From Gammaproteobacteria bacterium (GTDB lineage: Bacteria; Pseudomonadota; Gammaproteobacteria; UBA4575), in contig JBGCDX010000001.1 of the NCBI GenBank assembly GCA_045105815.1, positions 1 through 57,587 of the forward strand: a DNA stretch of 57,587 nt, written 5' to 3'. The position numbers and the translations under genes were made by a program. Positions 40,598-51,339 of the stretch are shown in pieces. Positions within the stretch are counted from its first letter, which is position 1; each line of letters starts with the position of its first letter. The notes below the pieces were generated by a model, which did no database searches, had not been told where the DNA came from, and saw nothing but the letters and a program-made list of their open reading frames with translations.

Positions 40598-41545
40598 TCA
40601 GGTGATTTCAGCCGTAATGGGCTCACGTCCTAATAAGGCGCCTGCATATTGGTGTGCATTAAATACACGCAGATCCTCCACCGCTTCTCCTACACCTATG
40701 TAGCGAATAGGAATTTGTAATTTATCTGCAATAGCTAAAACGATACCACCTTTTGCGCTGCCATCTAATTTGGTGATAGCTAATCCTGTCACGCCTAATG
40801 CTTGATGAAATTCTATAGCTTGATTAATAGCATTTTGTCCGGTGCCACCCTCTAAAACTAGTAGTATTTCGTGTGGTGCTTCAGGTTCAATTTTTTGTAG
40901 CGCACGTTTTATTTTTTGCAATTCTTCCATTAAGTTTTGTTGTGTGTGTAAACGGCCAGCGGTGTCTGCGATCAGAACATTCACATTACGCGCTTGGGCG
41001 GATTGATATGCGTCAAACACTACGGCGGCACTGTCTGCCCCGCTTTTTTGTGCAATAACAGGAGCATCTATTCTTTTGCCCCATTCTTGCAATTGTTCTA
41101 CTGCTGCAGCTCGAAAGGTGTCACCTGCTGCGAGTATTACAGACTGGCGATATTCCACCAAACGTTGGGCTATCTTGCCAATAGTCGTGGTTTTGCCAGC
41201 ACCATTAACGCCTACCACTAGCATCGCAAATGGTCGAATTCTACCCATTATCAAAGGTTTGTTACACGGTAGTAGAATTTCTACAATACTTTCTTGCAAA
41301 GCATCATATAGAATTTCTACATCGGTGAGTTGTGTGCGCTTCACCTTATCCACTAGATTAGTAATAATTTTATTGGTGGTTTCAATGCCCACATCAGCCA
41401 TTACCAAACGATCTTCAATTTCAGTGATTAAATCATCATCTAGCTCTTTTTTGCCTAGTACAGCTGATGCCAAGCCTTCAGTTAAAGCTTCGCTGGTTTT
41501 AGATAACCCATTGCGTAGGCGTTGAAAAACTCCTGTGTCGGTCAT
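40598..41545 (-). CDS. ftsY: SRP receptor FtsY (NG domain only)
   Basis: GVNGAGKTTT, DTFRAAA, DTAGR, TKLDGSAKGG. Confidence 0.96.
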   Translation of the reverse strand: MTDTGVFQRLRNGLSKTSEALTEGLASAVLGKKELDDDLITEIEDRLVMADVGIETTNKIITNLVDKVKRTQLTDVEILYDALQESIVEILLPCNKPLIMGRIRPFAMLVVGVNGAGKTTTIGKIAQRLVEYRQSVILAAGDTFRAAAVEQLQEWGKRIDAPVIAQKSGADSAAVVFDAYQSAQARNVNVLIADTAGRLHTQQNLMEELQKIKRALQKIEPEAPHEILLVLEGGTGQNAINQAIEFHQALGVTGLAITKLDGSAKGGIVLAIADKLQIPIRYIGVGEAVEDLRVFNAHQYAGALLGREPITAEIT

Positions 41546-41656
41546 AAAGCAAACTCAGTCATAGATTTTGAACGAATGTTTATAGTATGGTCTAAGAAAT
41601 ACTGCTGTATACAAAACGGCGCTAATCCTAACATCAAGTACATACACACGTAACAA

Positions 41657-43066
41657 ATGAAGCTAATAAAAATATTACCGCTACTATTTATTTTGGCGAG
41701 TTGCACTAGTTTATCTGACAAAGCTGTTGTTGCTCCTGAAAATGATAATTCAACTGAAACAATAGGCACAGTCAAGAGCTCTGCTACTACTCACGAAAAG
41801 ACCTTTAAAAATGGCATGAAGGTGATCGTCAAAGAAGATCATCGTGCACCGGTTGTTATTTCGCAAGTTTGGTATCGTGTTGGATCTGCACAAGAACATA
41901 GCGGAATTACTGGGGTCTCACATGTGCTTGAGCATATGATGTTTAAAGGAACGGAGAAATATCCTTCTGGAACGTTTTCTTCGATCGTAGCTGAGATCGG
42001 TGCCCGTGATAATGCCTTTACCGGCCGTGACTACACCGCCTATTACCAGTTAATGGGTAAAGAGCATTTGGAAACCAGCTTTGAGCTTGAATCAGATCGT
42101 ATGCTTAACCTGATTTTATCACCAGATGATTTTATAAGTGAGCTTGAGGTGGTCAAAGAAGAACGTCGTCTTCGTACAGACGATAATCCAAATGCACTTG
42201 TTTATGAGCAACTATATTCAACAGCATTTATCAATAGCCCATATCATCATCCCATCATAGGTTGGATGGATGATCTCAATAATCTTGTAATTGATGATTT
42301 GGCAGATTGGTATCAGCGCTGGTATACACCAAATAATGCTACGTTAGTAGTGGTGGGGGATGTAAATCCAGAACAAGTATTTGCAATGGCAGAGCAATAT
42401 TTTGGTGGCCTTGAAAGTCGACCGGTTAAAGCTAGCAAGCCTAGATTAGAACATTCGCAAACAGGTGTTAAACGTGTTGCAGTGAAAGCGATAGCGAAAT
42501 TGCCTTATATTATGCTTGGCTACAAAGCACCTTCGCTAGCTACCGCTGAAGAGGACTGGGAGCCATATGCACTCTCCGTTTTAGGGGCTGTGTTAGATGG
42601 AGGCCGTAGTGCAAGACTAAGTAAGAGGTTGGTACGTGAAAAAGAATTAGTTTCAGGTGCGGGTGCGGGGTACAACATTTTTTCGCGTTACCCAACACTG
42701 TTTTTGTTCGATGCAACGCCCACCCAGAAGCATAGTATTGAAGAAGCTGAACAAGCTCTTTATGGTGAAATTAGAGATATACAGGAAAATTTAGTTAGCG
42801 AAAAAGAACTGAAACGTGTCAAAGCACAAGTGATTGCTAGCGAAGTGTATCAGCAAGATTCTATTCAACGGCAAGCAACTGTAATAGGTAGTTTGGAAAC
42901 GGTTGGTTTAGGTTGGCAGGTTATGGATGAGTATAACCAACGCATTAATGAAATTACTGCTGAGCAAGTTCGTGAAGTAGCACGTAGATACTTGGTTGAA
43001 GAAGGTTTGACGGTTGCTGTGTTACAGCCAGTTGAGAACCAAACAACAGCGCAGTCAGAGCAATAA
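41657..43066 (+). CDS. M16 family zinc peptidase, catalytic subunit, lipoprotein
   Basis: Lipobox LASC, HVLEH (HXXEH), NAFT, EERR. Confidence 0.92.
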   Translation: MKLIKILPLLFILASCTSLSDKAVVAPENDNSTETIGTVKSSATTHEKTFKNGMKVIVKEDHRAPVVISQVWYRVGSAQEHSGITGVSHVLEHMMFKGTEKYPSGTFSSIVAEIGARDNAFTGRDYTAYYQLMGKEHLETSFELESDRMLNLILSPDDFISELEVVKEERRLRTDDNPNALVYEQLYSTAFINSPYHHPIIGWMDDLNNLVIDDLADWYQRWYTPNNATLVVVGDVNPEQVFAMAEQYFGGLESRPVKASKPRLEHSQTGVKRVAVKAIAKLPYIMLGYKAPSLATAEEDWEPYALSVLGAVLDGGRSARLSKRLVREKELVSGAGAGYNIFSRYPTLFLFDATPTQKHSIEEAEQALYGEIRDIQENLVSEKELKRVKAQVIASEVYQQDSIQRQATVIGSLETVGLGWQVMDEYNQRINEITAEQVREVARRYLVEEGLTVAVLQPVENQTTAQSEQ

Positions 43067-43097
43067 CCTTAAAAACATTCAAGTAAAGCTATCAAAT

Positions 43098-44450
43098 ATG
43101 AAATTTAAATTAATCATCCAATTTTTAATGTTTTCACGTCGAATTATATTTAATGCATTTATTTTGAGTGCCTTGCTTTTGTCAAGCCAGATACATGCTG
43201 CACCAGAAATTCAACAATGGACCACGACTAATGGCGTTAAAACATTATTTGTAGCTGCACCTGAGTTAGCGATGATAGACATTGCTATAACATTTGACGC
43301 AGGAAGCGGCCGAGACGGAACGTTGGCAGGACTTTCTAAGTTGACACATGGTTTGTTAAATGCTGGAACTGGCAATTTAGATGCTGATGCTATTGCAGAG
43401 CAGTTTGAAGATGTAGGTGCACAGTATGGCGCAAGTGTTAATTTAGATCGATCGAGCGTTGCTCTGCGAAGCTTAACAGATGAGGCGTTATTGGCGCCGG
43501 CACTAACTACATTCATAGATATACTTACTAGACCAAGCTTTCCTGAAAAGGATTTTTCTCGAATTAAAAACCAATCGTTAATCGCGTTGAAAGACTCAGA
43601 GCAAAGTCCTGCAGATATTGCTAGTAGAGCATTTTATAAAGCCATCTATGGACAGCATCCTTATGCGAGCCCATCTTTAGGGAATAAGCAGAGCATAAAC
43701 TCAATTAGTTTGAATGATGTAAGAAGTTTCCATCAGCAGTTTTTGGTTGCTGAGAATGCGTTAATTGCAATGGTGGGTGGTGTTGATGTTGAGCAAGCGA
43801 AAATAATTGCTGAGCAAATTTCAGAAAATTTAGCACATGGTTCTAAGCCTGAACCTATAACCCAGCCACAGCCATTACAAGATGTTGCAGATATTTATAT
43901 CCCTTATCCTTCGCAACAAGCACATGTGTATTTGGGGCAGTTGGGTATACAGCGTGGACACCCTAATTACTTTAATCTTTACGTTGGCAATCAGGTGTTG
44001 GGTGGAGGTGGCTTTACTTCTCGTCTTGTTAAAGAAGTGCGCGTTAAACGTGGCTTATCTTATAGTGTGTATAGTTATTATTTCCCGTTATATTTGCCTG
44101 GCCCTTTTACTTTGGGTTTGCAAACTCGTAGCGATCAAGCACAACAAGCAGCACAAGTTTCGTTGGAAACAATAGATAAGTTTGTTAATGAGGGGCCAAC
44201 TAAGGAAGAGCTAGCATCTGCTAAAAGCAATATTGTTGGTGGTTTTCCATTAAGAATTGATAGTAATCGAGATATTTTAGGTTATCTGTCTTTGTTAGGG
44301 TTTTATGATTTGCCGCTAGATTACTTGGAAACTTTTAACGACAATGTTTCAACAGTAACCGAAGATGATATTCGTACTGCTTTTAGCAAACATCTGCAGG
44401 TCGATAAACTAGTTAAAATTATTGTAGGTGGGCCAGAGTTACAGAAATAA
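43098..44450 (+). CDS. M16 family peptidase, non-catalytic partner
   Basis: M16-like sequence lacking HXXEH; SRL..EVR..RGLSY. Start moved to ATG 43098. Confidence 0.88.
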   Translation: MKFKLIIQFLMFSRRIIFNAFILSALLLSSQIHAAPEIQQWTTTNGVKTLFVAAPELAMIDIAITFDAGSGRDGTLAGLSKLTHGLLNAGTGNLDADAIAEQFEDVGAQYGASVNLDRSSVALRSLTDEALLAPALTTFIDILTRPSFPEKDFSRIKNQSLIALKDSEQSPADIASRAFYKAIYGQHPYASPSLGNKQSINSISLNDVRSFHQQFLVAENALIAMVGGVDVEQAKIIAEQISENLAHGSKPEPITQPQPLQDVADIYIPYPSQQAHVYLGQLGIQRGHPNYFNLYVGNQVLGGGGFTSRLVKEVRVKRGLSYSVYSYYFPLYLPGPFTLGLQTRSDQAQQAAQVSLETIDKFVNEGPTKEELASAKSNIVGGFPLRIDSNRDILGYLSLLGFYDLPLDYLETFNDNVSTVTEDDIRTAFSKHLQVDKLVKIIVGGPELQK

Positions 44451-44477
44451 AACTAGTGAATAGAGCTGAGAAATACA

Positions 44478-45086
44478 GTGTCGAGTAAGAATAATCTTCG
44501 TATTATTGGCGGCATGTGGCGTAGCCGACGCATTCAATTTATTGACTCCCCGAAAATTAGACCAACGCCTGATCGTGTGCGTGAAACATTATTTAATTGG
44601 CTAATAAATGATATAAGTGGAGCGGTATGTTTAGACTTATTTTCAGGTAGTGGAGCATTAGGCTTTGAAGCGTTATCTCGTGGTGCTGAACAGGTTATTT
44701 TGGTTGAAGAAGACGTACACATAGCATCTACGCTGAGTGAACAAAAGAAACAATTCAAAGCTCACGCTATCGAGATCAAAAATCAAAGTGCATTGGACTA
44801 CTTGCAGAAAGTGAGTCAACAGTTTGATGTGATATTTTTAGATCCACCTTTTGACAGCGATTTGCTGGACAAAGTCGTCCCATTCATAATTAATCAACAA
44901 TTACTCAGTGAAAATGGCACGCTCTATGTAGAGTCGTCCGCTTTACAAAATGGTGATAAAAGCCAAAATGCAAAAACTGTTATTCCAGTAGCAAGGTGGT
45001 CAGAGCTAGTATTACAAAGCCTTAGCTGTGTGCGTGAAAAAGTGAGCGGTGAAGTACGTTATGCGCTATATAAGCGTGGTAATTAG
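44478..45086 (+). CDS. rsmD: 16S rRNA m2G966 methyltransferase
   Basis: RPTPDRVRETLFNWL, LDLFSGSGALG, DPPF. Confidence 0.95.
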   Translation: MSSKNNLRIIGGMWRSRRIQFIDSPKIRPTPDRVRETLFNWLINDISGAVCLDLFSGSGALGFEALSRGAEQVILVEEDVHIASTLSEQKKQFKAHAIEIKNQSALDYLQKVSQQFDVIFLDPPFDSDLLDKVVPFIINQQLLSENGTLYVESSALQNGDKSQNAKTVIPVARWSELVLQSLSCVREKVSGEVRYALYKRGN

Positions 45087-45133
45087 TCATTATAATGTAA
45101 ATTAGTCACGATAATAAAAAGTATTCATATTAG

Positions 45134-45628
<495 letters not shown>

Positions 45629-45648
45629 ACTTAAAGGGTTTTTATATC

Positions 45649-47406
45649 TTGATGATGCTTCGTGTTCCATTAATTTATCAAATCTTCCCGTTAGTAATCA
45701 ATTTGCTCGCCTGTGCAGCAACATCTTTTTTATTATTAGCATGTAACACGCAGCAAGAACGATCAACGTCAGCACAAAACCCTAAAACTAATAACTTTGC
45801 AGTAGCAAGTGCGCATCCTTTGGCTACTCAAGCAGGTATTAATGTCCTACAACAAGGTGGTAATGCATTTGATGCAGCGGTTGCGGTTACTGCGGTATTA
45901 GCTGTAGTAGAGCCATATGCTTCAGGCTTAGGCGGCGGCGGTTTTTGGTTATTGCACTTAGCAGAGAGCGATCAGAATGTGATGGTCGATGGGCGTGAAG
46001 TAGCGCCATTAGCGGCAACACGAGATATGTATATAGGCGCTAATAATAAGCCTAATGATCAGTCTGTGAATGGTCCACTTGCTGCAGGAATACCCGGTAC
46101 ACCAGCTGCGTTAGTACATATAGCTGAAAAATATGGTCAGTTACCTCTTAGTATTACTTTAAATGCTGCGGTGAATTTGGCGCGTGATGGTTTTGAGGTA
46201 AGTGAATTTTACAATTCGCGCACTAATGCAGTCATAAAACGTTTGAGATATTTTCCTCATACTGCGAATATATTTTTACACCAAGGGGAAGTGCCTGAGG
46301 TTGGTGATCTTATAAAGCAATCAGATTTAGCAAAAGTGTTAGAAAGTATTGGCAAGTATGGTGCTAGTGGTTTTTATAAGGGCGAGATTGCAAATAAGCT
46401 AATTACCAGCGTTCAGCAAGCTGGAGGAATTTGGCAGCTACAAGACTTAGAGGATTATAAAATTGTAGAGCGTCAGCCGATATTAGGAAAATATAAAAAT
46501 ATAGATATTGTTAGCGCAGCATTACCTTCTTCAGGTGGCATCGTGTTGATGCAAGTATTGAATATGTTATCTGCTTATGATTTGCAAGGCATGAGCGATA
46601 CACAACGCAAGCATGTGATTGTTGAGGCAATGCGGCGTGCGTACCATGATCGTGCTGAATTTCTTGGTGATGAAGATTTTGTGGATGTTCCTGTGGACGA
46701 ATTATTATCTATTGAGTATGCAAAGAATAAGTTCTCAGATTTGAGTTTGCAGCTTGCAACGCCCAGCCAAAATTATATAAATCAGGACATTGTTGAAGTA
46801 GCACCAATTATCGAAGAAGCACAGAATACCACGCATTTTTCAATCTTGGATCAACAGGGTAATCACGTAGCGGCAACACTTTCTATCAACTATTACTTTG
46901 GTTCAGGATTTGTTGCGGAAGGGACAGGCGTGTTATTGAATAACGAAATGGATGATTTTGCTATCCAACCTGGTCATGCAAATTTATGGGGCTTGGTGGG
47001 TAGTGAAGCCAATGCAATTCAACCGGGTAAGCGAATGCTATCAAGTATGTCACCTACGTTTTTATTTGATGGTAATCGAACCGCAATTCTAGGAACTCCT
47101 GGAGGTAGTCGAATAATAAGTATGGTGCTTTTATCAACATTAGCATTCGCTGAAGGTGCTTCAGCGAAAGAGATGGTGTTGCTGCCACGCTTTCATCATC
47201 AATTTCTTCCAGATGAAATACAATTTGAAATGGGTGTGCTTAATGAAAAAACACAGAGCACACTAGAGTCAATGGGTCATGTGTTGAATGAGTTGGGGCG
47301 TAATTATGGAAACATGCATACAGTTATTTGGGATCAACAAGCAAACAAGGTGACAGCTGCTAGTGATTCACGTGGTATCGGGCAAGCGCAAGTTGGAACA
47401 AACTAA
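45649..47406 (+). CDS. ggt: Gamma-glutamyltransferase
   Basis: GGNAFDAA, TTHFS nucleophile, LNNEMDDF, SSMSPT, GTPGGSRI. Start uncertain. Confidence 0.95.
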   Translation: MMMLRVPLIYQIFPLVINLLACAATSFLLLACNTQQERSTSAQNPKTNNFAVASAHPLATQAGINVLQQGGNAFDAAVAVTAVLAVVEPYASGLGGGGFWLLHLAESDQNVMVDGREVAPLAATRDMYIGANNKPNDQSVNGPLAAGIPGTPAALVHIAEKYGQLPLSITLNAAVNLARDGFEVSEFYNSRTNAVIKRLRYFPHTANIFLHQGEVPEVGDLIKQSDLAKVLESIGKYGASGFYKGEIANKLITSVQQAGGIWQLQDLEDYKIVERQPILGKYKNIDIVSAALPSSGGIVLMQVLNMLSAYDLQGMSDTQRKHVIVEAMRRAYHDRAEFLGDEDFVDVPVDELLSIEYAKNKFSDLSLQLATPSQNYINQDIVEVAPIIEEAQNTTHFSILDQQGNHVAATLSINYYFGSGFVAEGTGVLLNNEMDDFAIQPGHANLWGLVGSEANAIQPGKRMLSSMSPTFLFDGNRTAILGTPGGSRIISMVLLSTLAFAEGASAKEMVLLPRFHHQFLPDEIQFEMGVLNEKTQSTLESMGHVLNELGRNYGNMHTVIWDQQANKVTAASDSRGIGQAQVGTN

Positions 47407-47408
47407 CG

Positions 47409-48020
47409 ATGCAATTTATCTATTTTGTTAGTCCTATGTGTTCTTGGTGTTGGGGATTCTCCTCAAATATTGAAAAACTAAAGCAAACATTTCCTGAAAG
47501 TAATATTCAAATCGTTTTAACGCCTTTTAGAATCGATACAAATCAACCAATGGACAAAGCTCTTCGTGATTATGTTATGGGGCAGTGGAGAAATGTGCAT
47601 AAAACCACTGGCCAGTCCTTCAATTTTAATTTTTTAATGCCAGAAGAGTTTATTTATAATACAACCTTAGCGTGTCTTTCAATTAAAGCTTTTTGTAACC
47701 AGCTACCAAGTCAAGAGATAGAATACTTGCATGCTATCCAGCATGCATTCTATGCAGAGAACAAAGATCTTACAGATATTAATGTATTAGCCAGTATTGC
47801 AGAAAAATTTTCAATTGAAGAGCAATCTTTTGTTGAAGATTTAAGGTGTAATGTAATGTTACAACAGTTAGAGCGAGACTTTGATCTTTGTGAACAGCTT
47901 GAAGTGCAAAGCTATCCGACATTGATGACTAAGGATGATTCAAGCTATACCAAGTTGGCGAGTGGCTATGCTTCTTTTGAAGATTTACTGGCTAAGGTTA
48001 ATGCCGATATGGTGTCTTAA
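47409..48020 (+). CDS. DsbA-family thioredoxin-fold protein
   Basis: SPMCSWCWGF CxxC motif and YPTL cis-Pro motif. Confidence 0.85.
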   Translation: MQFIYFVSPMCSWCWGFSSNIEKLKQTFPESNIQIVLTPFRIDTNQPMDKALRDYVMGQWRNVHKTTGQSFNFNFLMPEEFIYNTTLACLSIKAFCNQLPSQEIEYLHAIQHAFYAENKDLTDINVLASIAEKFSIEEQSFVEDLRCNVMLQQLERDFDLCEQLEVQSYPTLMTKDDSSYTKLASGYASFEDLLAKVNADMVS

Positions 48021-48066
48021 AGATACCAGTTTAATCTTACTGATTTAATTATATTGATGAAGTAGC

Positions 48067-48234
48067 TTACTTCTCTGCATTGGGGGCGCTTGCTATACAC
48101 TCGTCGTTTTCTTCTTTATAGCTATTTCGCAAAACCTCTATCTGCCAGGTCTGTAACGTATCGGCATCGGTGAGCACAAAAGTGTCATCACCTACTTTGC
48201 TGATTGAATAGCGTTCCTTGTCTGATAAGTCCAT
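48067..48234 (-). CDS. Putative 55-aa hypothetical protein
   Basis: ATG-to-TAA frame MDLSDKERYSISKVGDDTFVLTDADTLQTWQIEVLRNSYKEENDECIASAPNAEK in an otherwise empty gap; no clear RBS. Confidence 0.4.
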   Translation of the reverse strand: MDLSDKERYSISKVGDDTFVLTDADTLQTWQIEVLRNSYKEENDECIASAPNAEK

Positions 48235-48405
48235 GTGCGGAATTAATGTAGTTAAACCAAGTTGTTCAGTTATATATATTGAACCGAATCACAGTTCTAG
48301 ACGCGAAGATTATGATGCATGGCAGAATCTCAACTATGAGTGACTATAAAAAAGACAACTGGTAGGAATAAGTATTTCAGTGGGGTGTGCGAGATTTTCA
48401 GATAA

Positions 48406-49287
48406 TTAATTAATATTAGGCTTATTTATAAAATCAAAGATTTTACTAATCACACTTTTGGCGCCTAAAATCCTAAAATGGCCACATTCTGTGGTTGCAA
48501 ACAGGGTTGCAGATATTACCTCATTGGCAATAATTTCTGCTTCTTCAAAAGGTACAATGCGATCATTATGATCATGTATAACTAATGTCTCACCATCATA
48601 GTTGCGTAAAAATTCAACTGTCGACATACTTTCTATATTACGTTTTGCAATAACTTCAAGCTTTTGATGAAAAATTTTGAGTACGCCATTAGACAACCCC
48701 ATCGCTTGAGTAAAAGATGCAAAGATATCGGTTAGTTTGTTGGGGCCAGCAATTAATATAAGCCTATCTATATTAGAAAACCTTGTGGTGCTATTCGTAA
48801 GTTCTAAAGCATAAGCATTAGCCATGGCGCCAAAAGAATGCCCAACTAGTACAGATACAGAAGGTATGTGCTCACACACACTTAGTAATGCTTTAGTGTT
48901 ATGCAATAGGTTGGTTATATTGCCAGAAGACTTGCCATGTGCGGGGCTATCGAAGGCAACAACATTAAAACCACCTTTAACCAGTTTCGCTATGATGAAT
49001 GAAAAATTTAATGCATGGCCGCCCCAGCCATGTGTGAAAAGAATAGTTTTTTTTGGATCAGAGTGATCTGAGTTCCCCCATTCGTAAACTGCTATTTTAT
49101 AATTTTCACTATCAACATAATATTGTTTAGCTTGTTGTATTAGCTTTGATTCAGTTTTGCTGAGTGGTTTTTTTTGAATACGTGGTTTGCAAAAAAATGG
49201 CCAAGCTATTTTGGCTGTAAGGCTAGGAGATATTATTGAAAAGAGTGTAAAAAATTTAATTAATATTGTTTTTAGTAAGCTTTCCAC
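48406..49287 (-). CDS. Alpha/beta hydrolase
   Basis: HGWGG, DSPAHG, GHSFG, HD..D, GH. Confidence 0.88.
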   Translation of the reverse strand: MESLLKTILIKFFTLFSIISPSLTAKIAWPFFCKPRIQKKPLSKTESKLIQQAKQYYVDSENYKIAVYEWGNSDHSDPKKTILFTHGWGGHALNFSFIIAKLVKGGFNVVAFDSPAHGKSSGNITNLLHNTKALLSVCEHIPSVSVLVGHSFGAMANAYALELTNSTTRFSNIDRLILIAGPNKLTDIFASFTQAMGLSNGVLKIFHQKLEVIAKRNIESMSTVEFLRNYDGETLVIHDHNDRIVPFEEAEIIANEVISATLFATTECGHFRILGAKSVISKIFDFINKPNIN

Positions 49288-49369
49288 AATGTTTTATTAG
49301 TATTTCATTAATAATTTATTCTAGGGGTTGGGCAAATATCTTTGGTAACTTTTTATAGGTTACAGAGTA

Positions 49370-50182
49370 CTAGTGTTGGCACTGTACACAAAAGAAGCTG
49401 CTGCGTTGACTGATAGTGCGTACTTTTATTGGATTTTTGCATACCGGACAGGGCTTTCCGGTTTGGTTGTATACATTTAATTCATTTGCGAAGTAGCCGG
49501 GTTTGCCATCTTCATGCACAAAATCACGTAGTGTTGTGCCTCCCAAATCAATAGCATGACTAAGAACATTTTTAATATTGTTTGCTAATAGATTGTAACG
49601 CTTTAGTGATATTCTGCCTGCAGCGCGTTGCGGGTGAATGCCACTTAAAAATAATGATTCACTGGCATAGATGTTGCCTACGCCTACAACAATATGTGCA
49701 TTCATAATAAAGGTTTTAACATTTACTTTTTTCCCTTGGGCTAATTGGTGTAGATGTTTGCCAGTAAATTCATCTAGTAATGGCTCCGGACCAAGCTTTT
49801 TAAGTAGTTTGTGCTCTAAAGGATCTTTACTTGTCCAAAGCACTGCTCCAAATCTTCTGGGGTCATGGAAGCGCAGTGTCATTTTATTAAATACAATATC
49901 TACATGATCATGCTTATTGGGTTCAACTTTGTTGTTAACCATGCGTAGACTGCCAGACATTCCAAGATGGATAATTAAATGCCCAGTGTGCGTAGCAAAC
50001 AATAAATATTTAGCGCGACGCTGAATATTATTGATGGTCTGATCTTTTAGTTTTTGTTTGAGGTTGCGCGTGATTGGCCAACGAAGACTGGATTGTCGAA
50101 TTATTACATTGTTGACTCGTTTTTTTTTGATATGTGGTGAGATACCCCTGCATGTGGTTTCTACTTCGGGTAATTCTGGCAT
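49370..50182 (-). CDS. mutM: Formamidopyrimidine-DNA glycosylase
   Basis: MPELPEVE, HLGMSG, GNIYASE, C-terminal zinc finger. Confidence 0.98.
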   Translation of the reverse strand: MPELPEVETTCRGISPHIKKKRVNNVIIRQSSLRWPITRNLKQKLKDQTINNIQRRAKYLLFATHTGHLIIHLGMSGSLRMVNNKVEPNKHDHVDIVFNKMTLRFHDPRRFGAVLWTSKDPLEHKLLKKLGPEPLLDEFTGKHLHQLAQGKKVNVKTFIMNAHIVVGVGNIYASESLFLSGIHPQRAAGRISLKRYNLLANNIKNVLSHAIDLGGTTLRDFVHEDGKPGYFANELNVYNQTGKPCPVCKNPIKVRTISQRSSFFCVQCQH

Positions 50183-50194
50183 GTAAGACTCACC

Positions 50195-51211
50195 TTATGC
50201 TTGATAAAATGCTTCAATCTCTACTAATAAGTTATCTCTACACATATCACCTAATAGTAAAGCGCGAGGTGTATTGTTGGACAGTCTAGCAGCTAATACC
50301 TGATTAATTTGTTCAACATCCTCACGATTGCGAATGTAAATTTTCATATAAAGCAAGTCATCTTGTGCATTAAGTTGCGTATGATGCTTGTCATTAGCTT
50401 GTGCAACGAGAGTTTCAACATTGTTAATACTCTCGTTGAGTTGGGCACAGACATTATCGATATGTAATGTTTCGTGGCCAATGATGCTGGCAGTGCCTGA
50501 AACATAAAAGTGTGTTCGGTTTCCCCAGGTTTTTAAAAGGCCACGAGAAAATAGTGGCTGGGTATGATGGTCTTCCACAGGATAATGATAAGCGCTAGTT
50601 TGGCGAGGGTTCTCTACAGCAATGCCGGGTGTGTCACCAGCTAAAAAATATATCTGCAAATTACTTTCATGGTTGCCTATTACTGTAGCAGCTGGGTAAA
50701 TTTTTGTTTTAATACCACTGTCTTCCATTGCCTGCAATCTGCCATGGCAAAATACTTCATAACGATTCTGTTGTGTTCGATGCAGATCTTGTGCAGTGAT
50801 CTGTGGAAAGAAATTCCAGGTGCGCAATAAATGTTTGCAGGAACTATTTTCTAAACATTCATATATTTGGCTATAAGCTTTATGCGTTAACGTATGAAAA
50901 TCTTCTGCAGCAGCACATTCCAGTTGTATGAACCCAAACATCATTTGCGGAGTATGTGCATAGTGGATGTTTTTATAGTGTGCTTGGCTAACTTGTTGGT
51001 CTGTAAACCAGTATTGTGCGAATAAGTTAGAGCCTAGTAGTTCAAGCTCGGTTTGTATGGTTAAACAATCGTGTGTTGAATCACCTGTGTCACCAAAATA
51101 AAGGTGAGTAAGCAAGGGTTGCTTTACAGATAGGGTGCTTGAGTCTTCACATACGATTATATCGAGTGGTGGAGAAGCTACTGCAGTAGTATTTGAATTT
51201 TTGTTACTCAT
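50195..51211 (-). CDS. Chorismatase, FkbO/Hyg5/XanB2 family
   Basis: LLRTWN, RY..FC.GR, PAAT, ENPRQ..AY.YP, SGTASI.GHET.H, D.CR..LLVEIE. Start uncertain (51211 chosen). Confidence 0.82.
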   Translation of the reverse strand: MSNKNSNTTAVASPPLDIIVCEDSSTLSVKQPLLTHLYFGDTGDSTHDCLTIQTELELLGSNLFAQYWFTDQQVSQAHYKNIHYAHTPQMMFGFIQLECAAAEDFHTLTHKAYSQIYECLENSSCKHLLRTWNFFPQITAQDLHRTQQNRYEVFCHGRLQAMEDSGIKTKIYPAATVIGNHESNLQIYFLAGDTPGIAVENPRQTSAYHYPVEDHHTQPLFSRGLLKTWGNRTHFYVSGTASIIGHETLHIDNVCAQLNESINNVETLVAQANDKHHTQLNAQDDLLYMKIYIRNREDVEQINQVLAARLSNNTPRALLLGDMCRDNLLVEIEAFYQA

Positions 51212-51339
51212 ATAGATTGCTGTAACACGGAAGGCTAGATGCTCTAGCTTACAAATTAACGGGAATAACCACATTTTAGCCGATTCTTTTTGCAAAAAAA
51301 TGCTAAGAAAAGGGCCGATAGAGATAGTGCTAGCGATAA

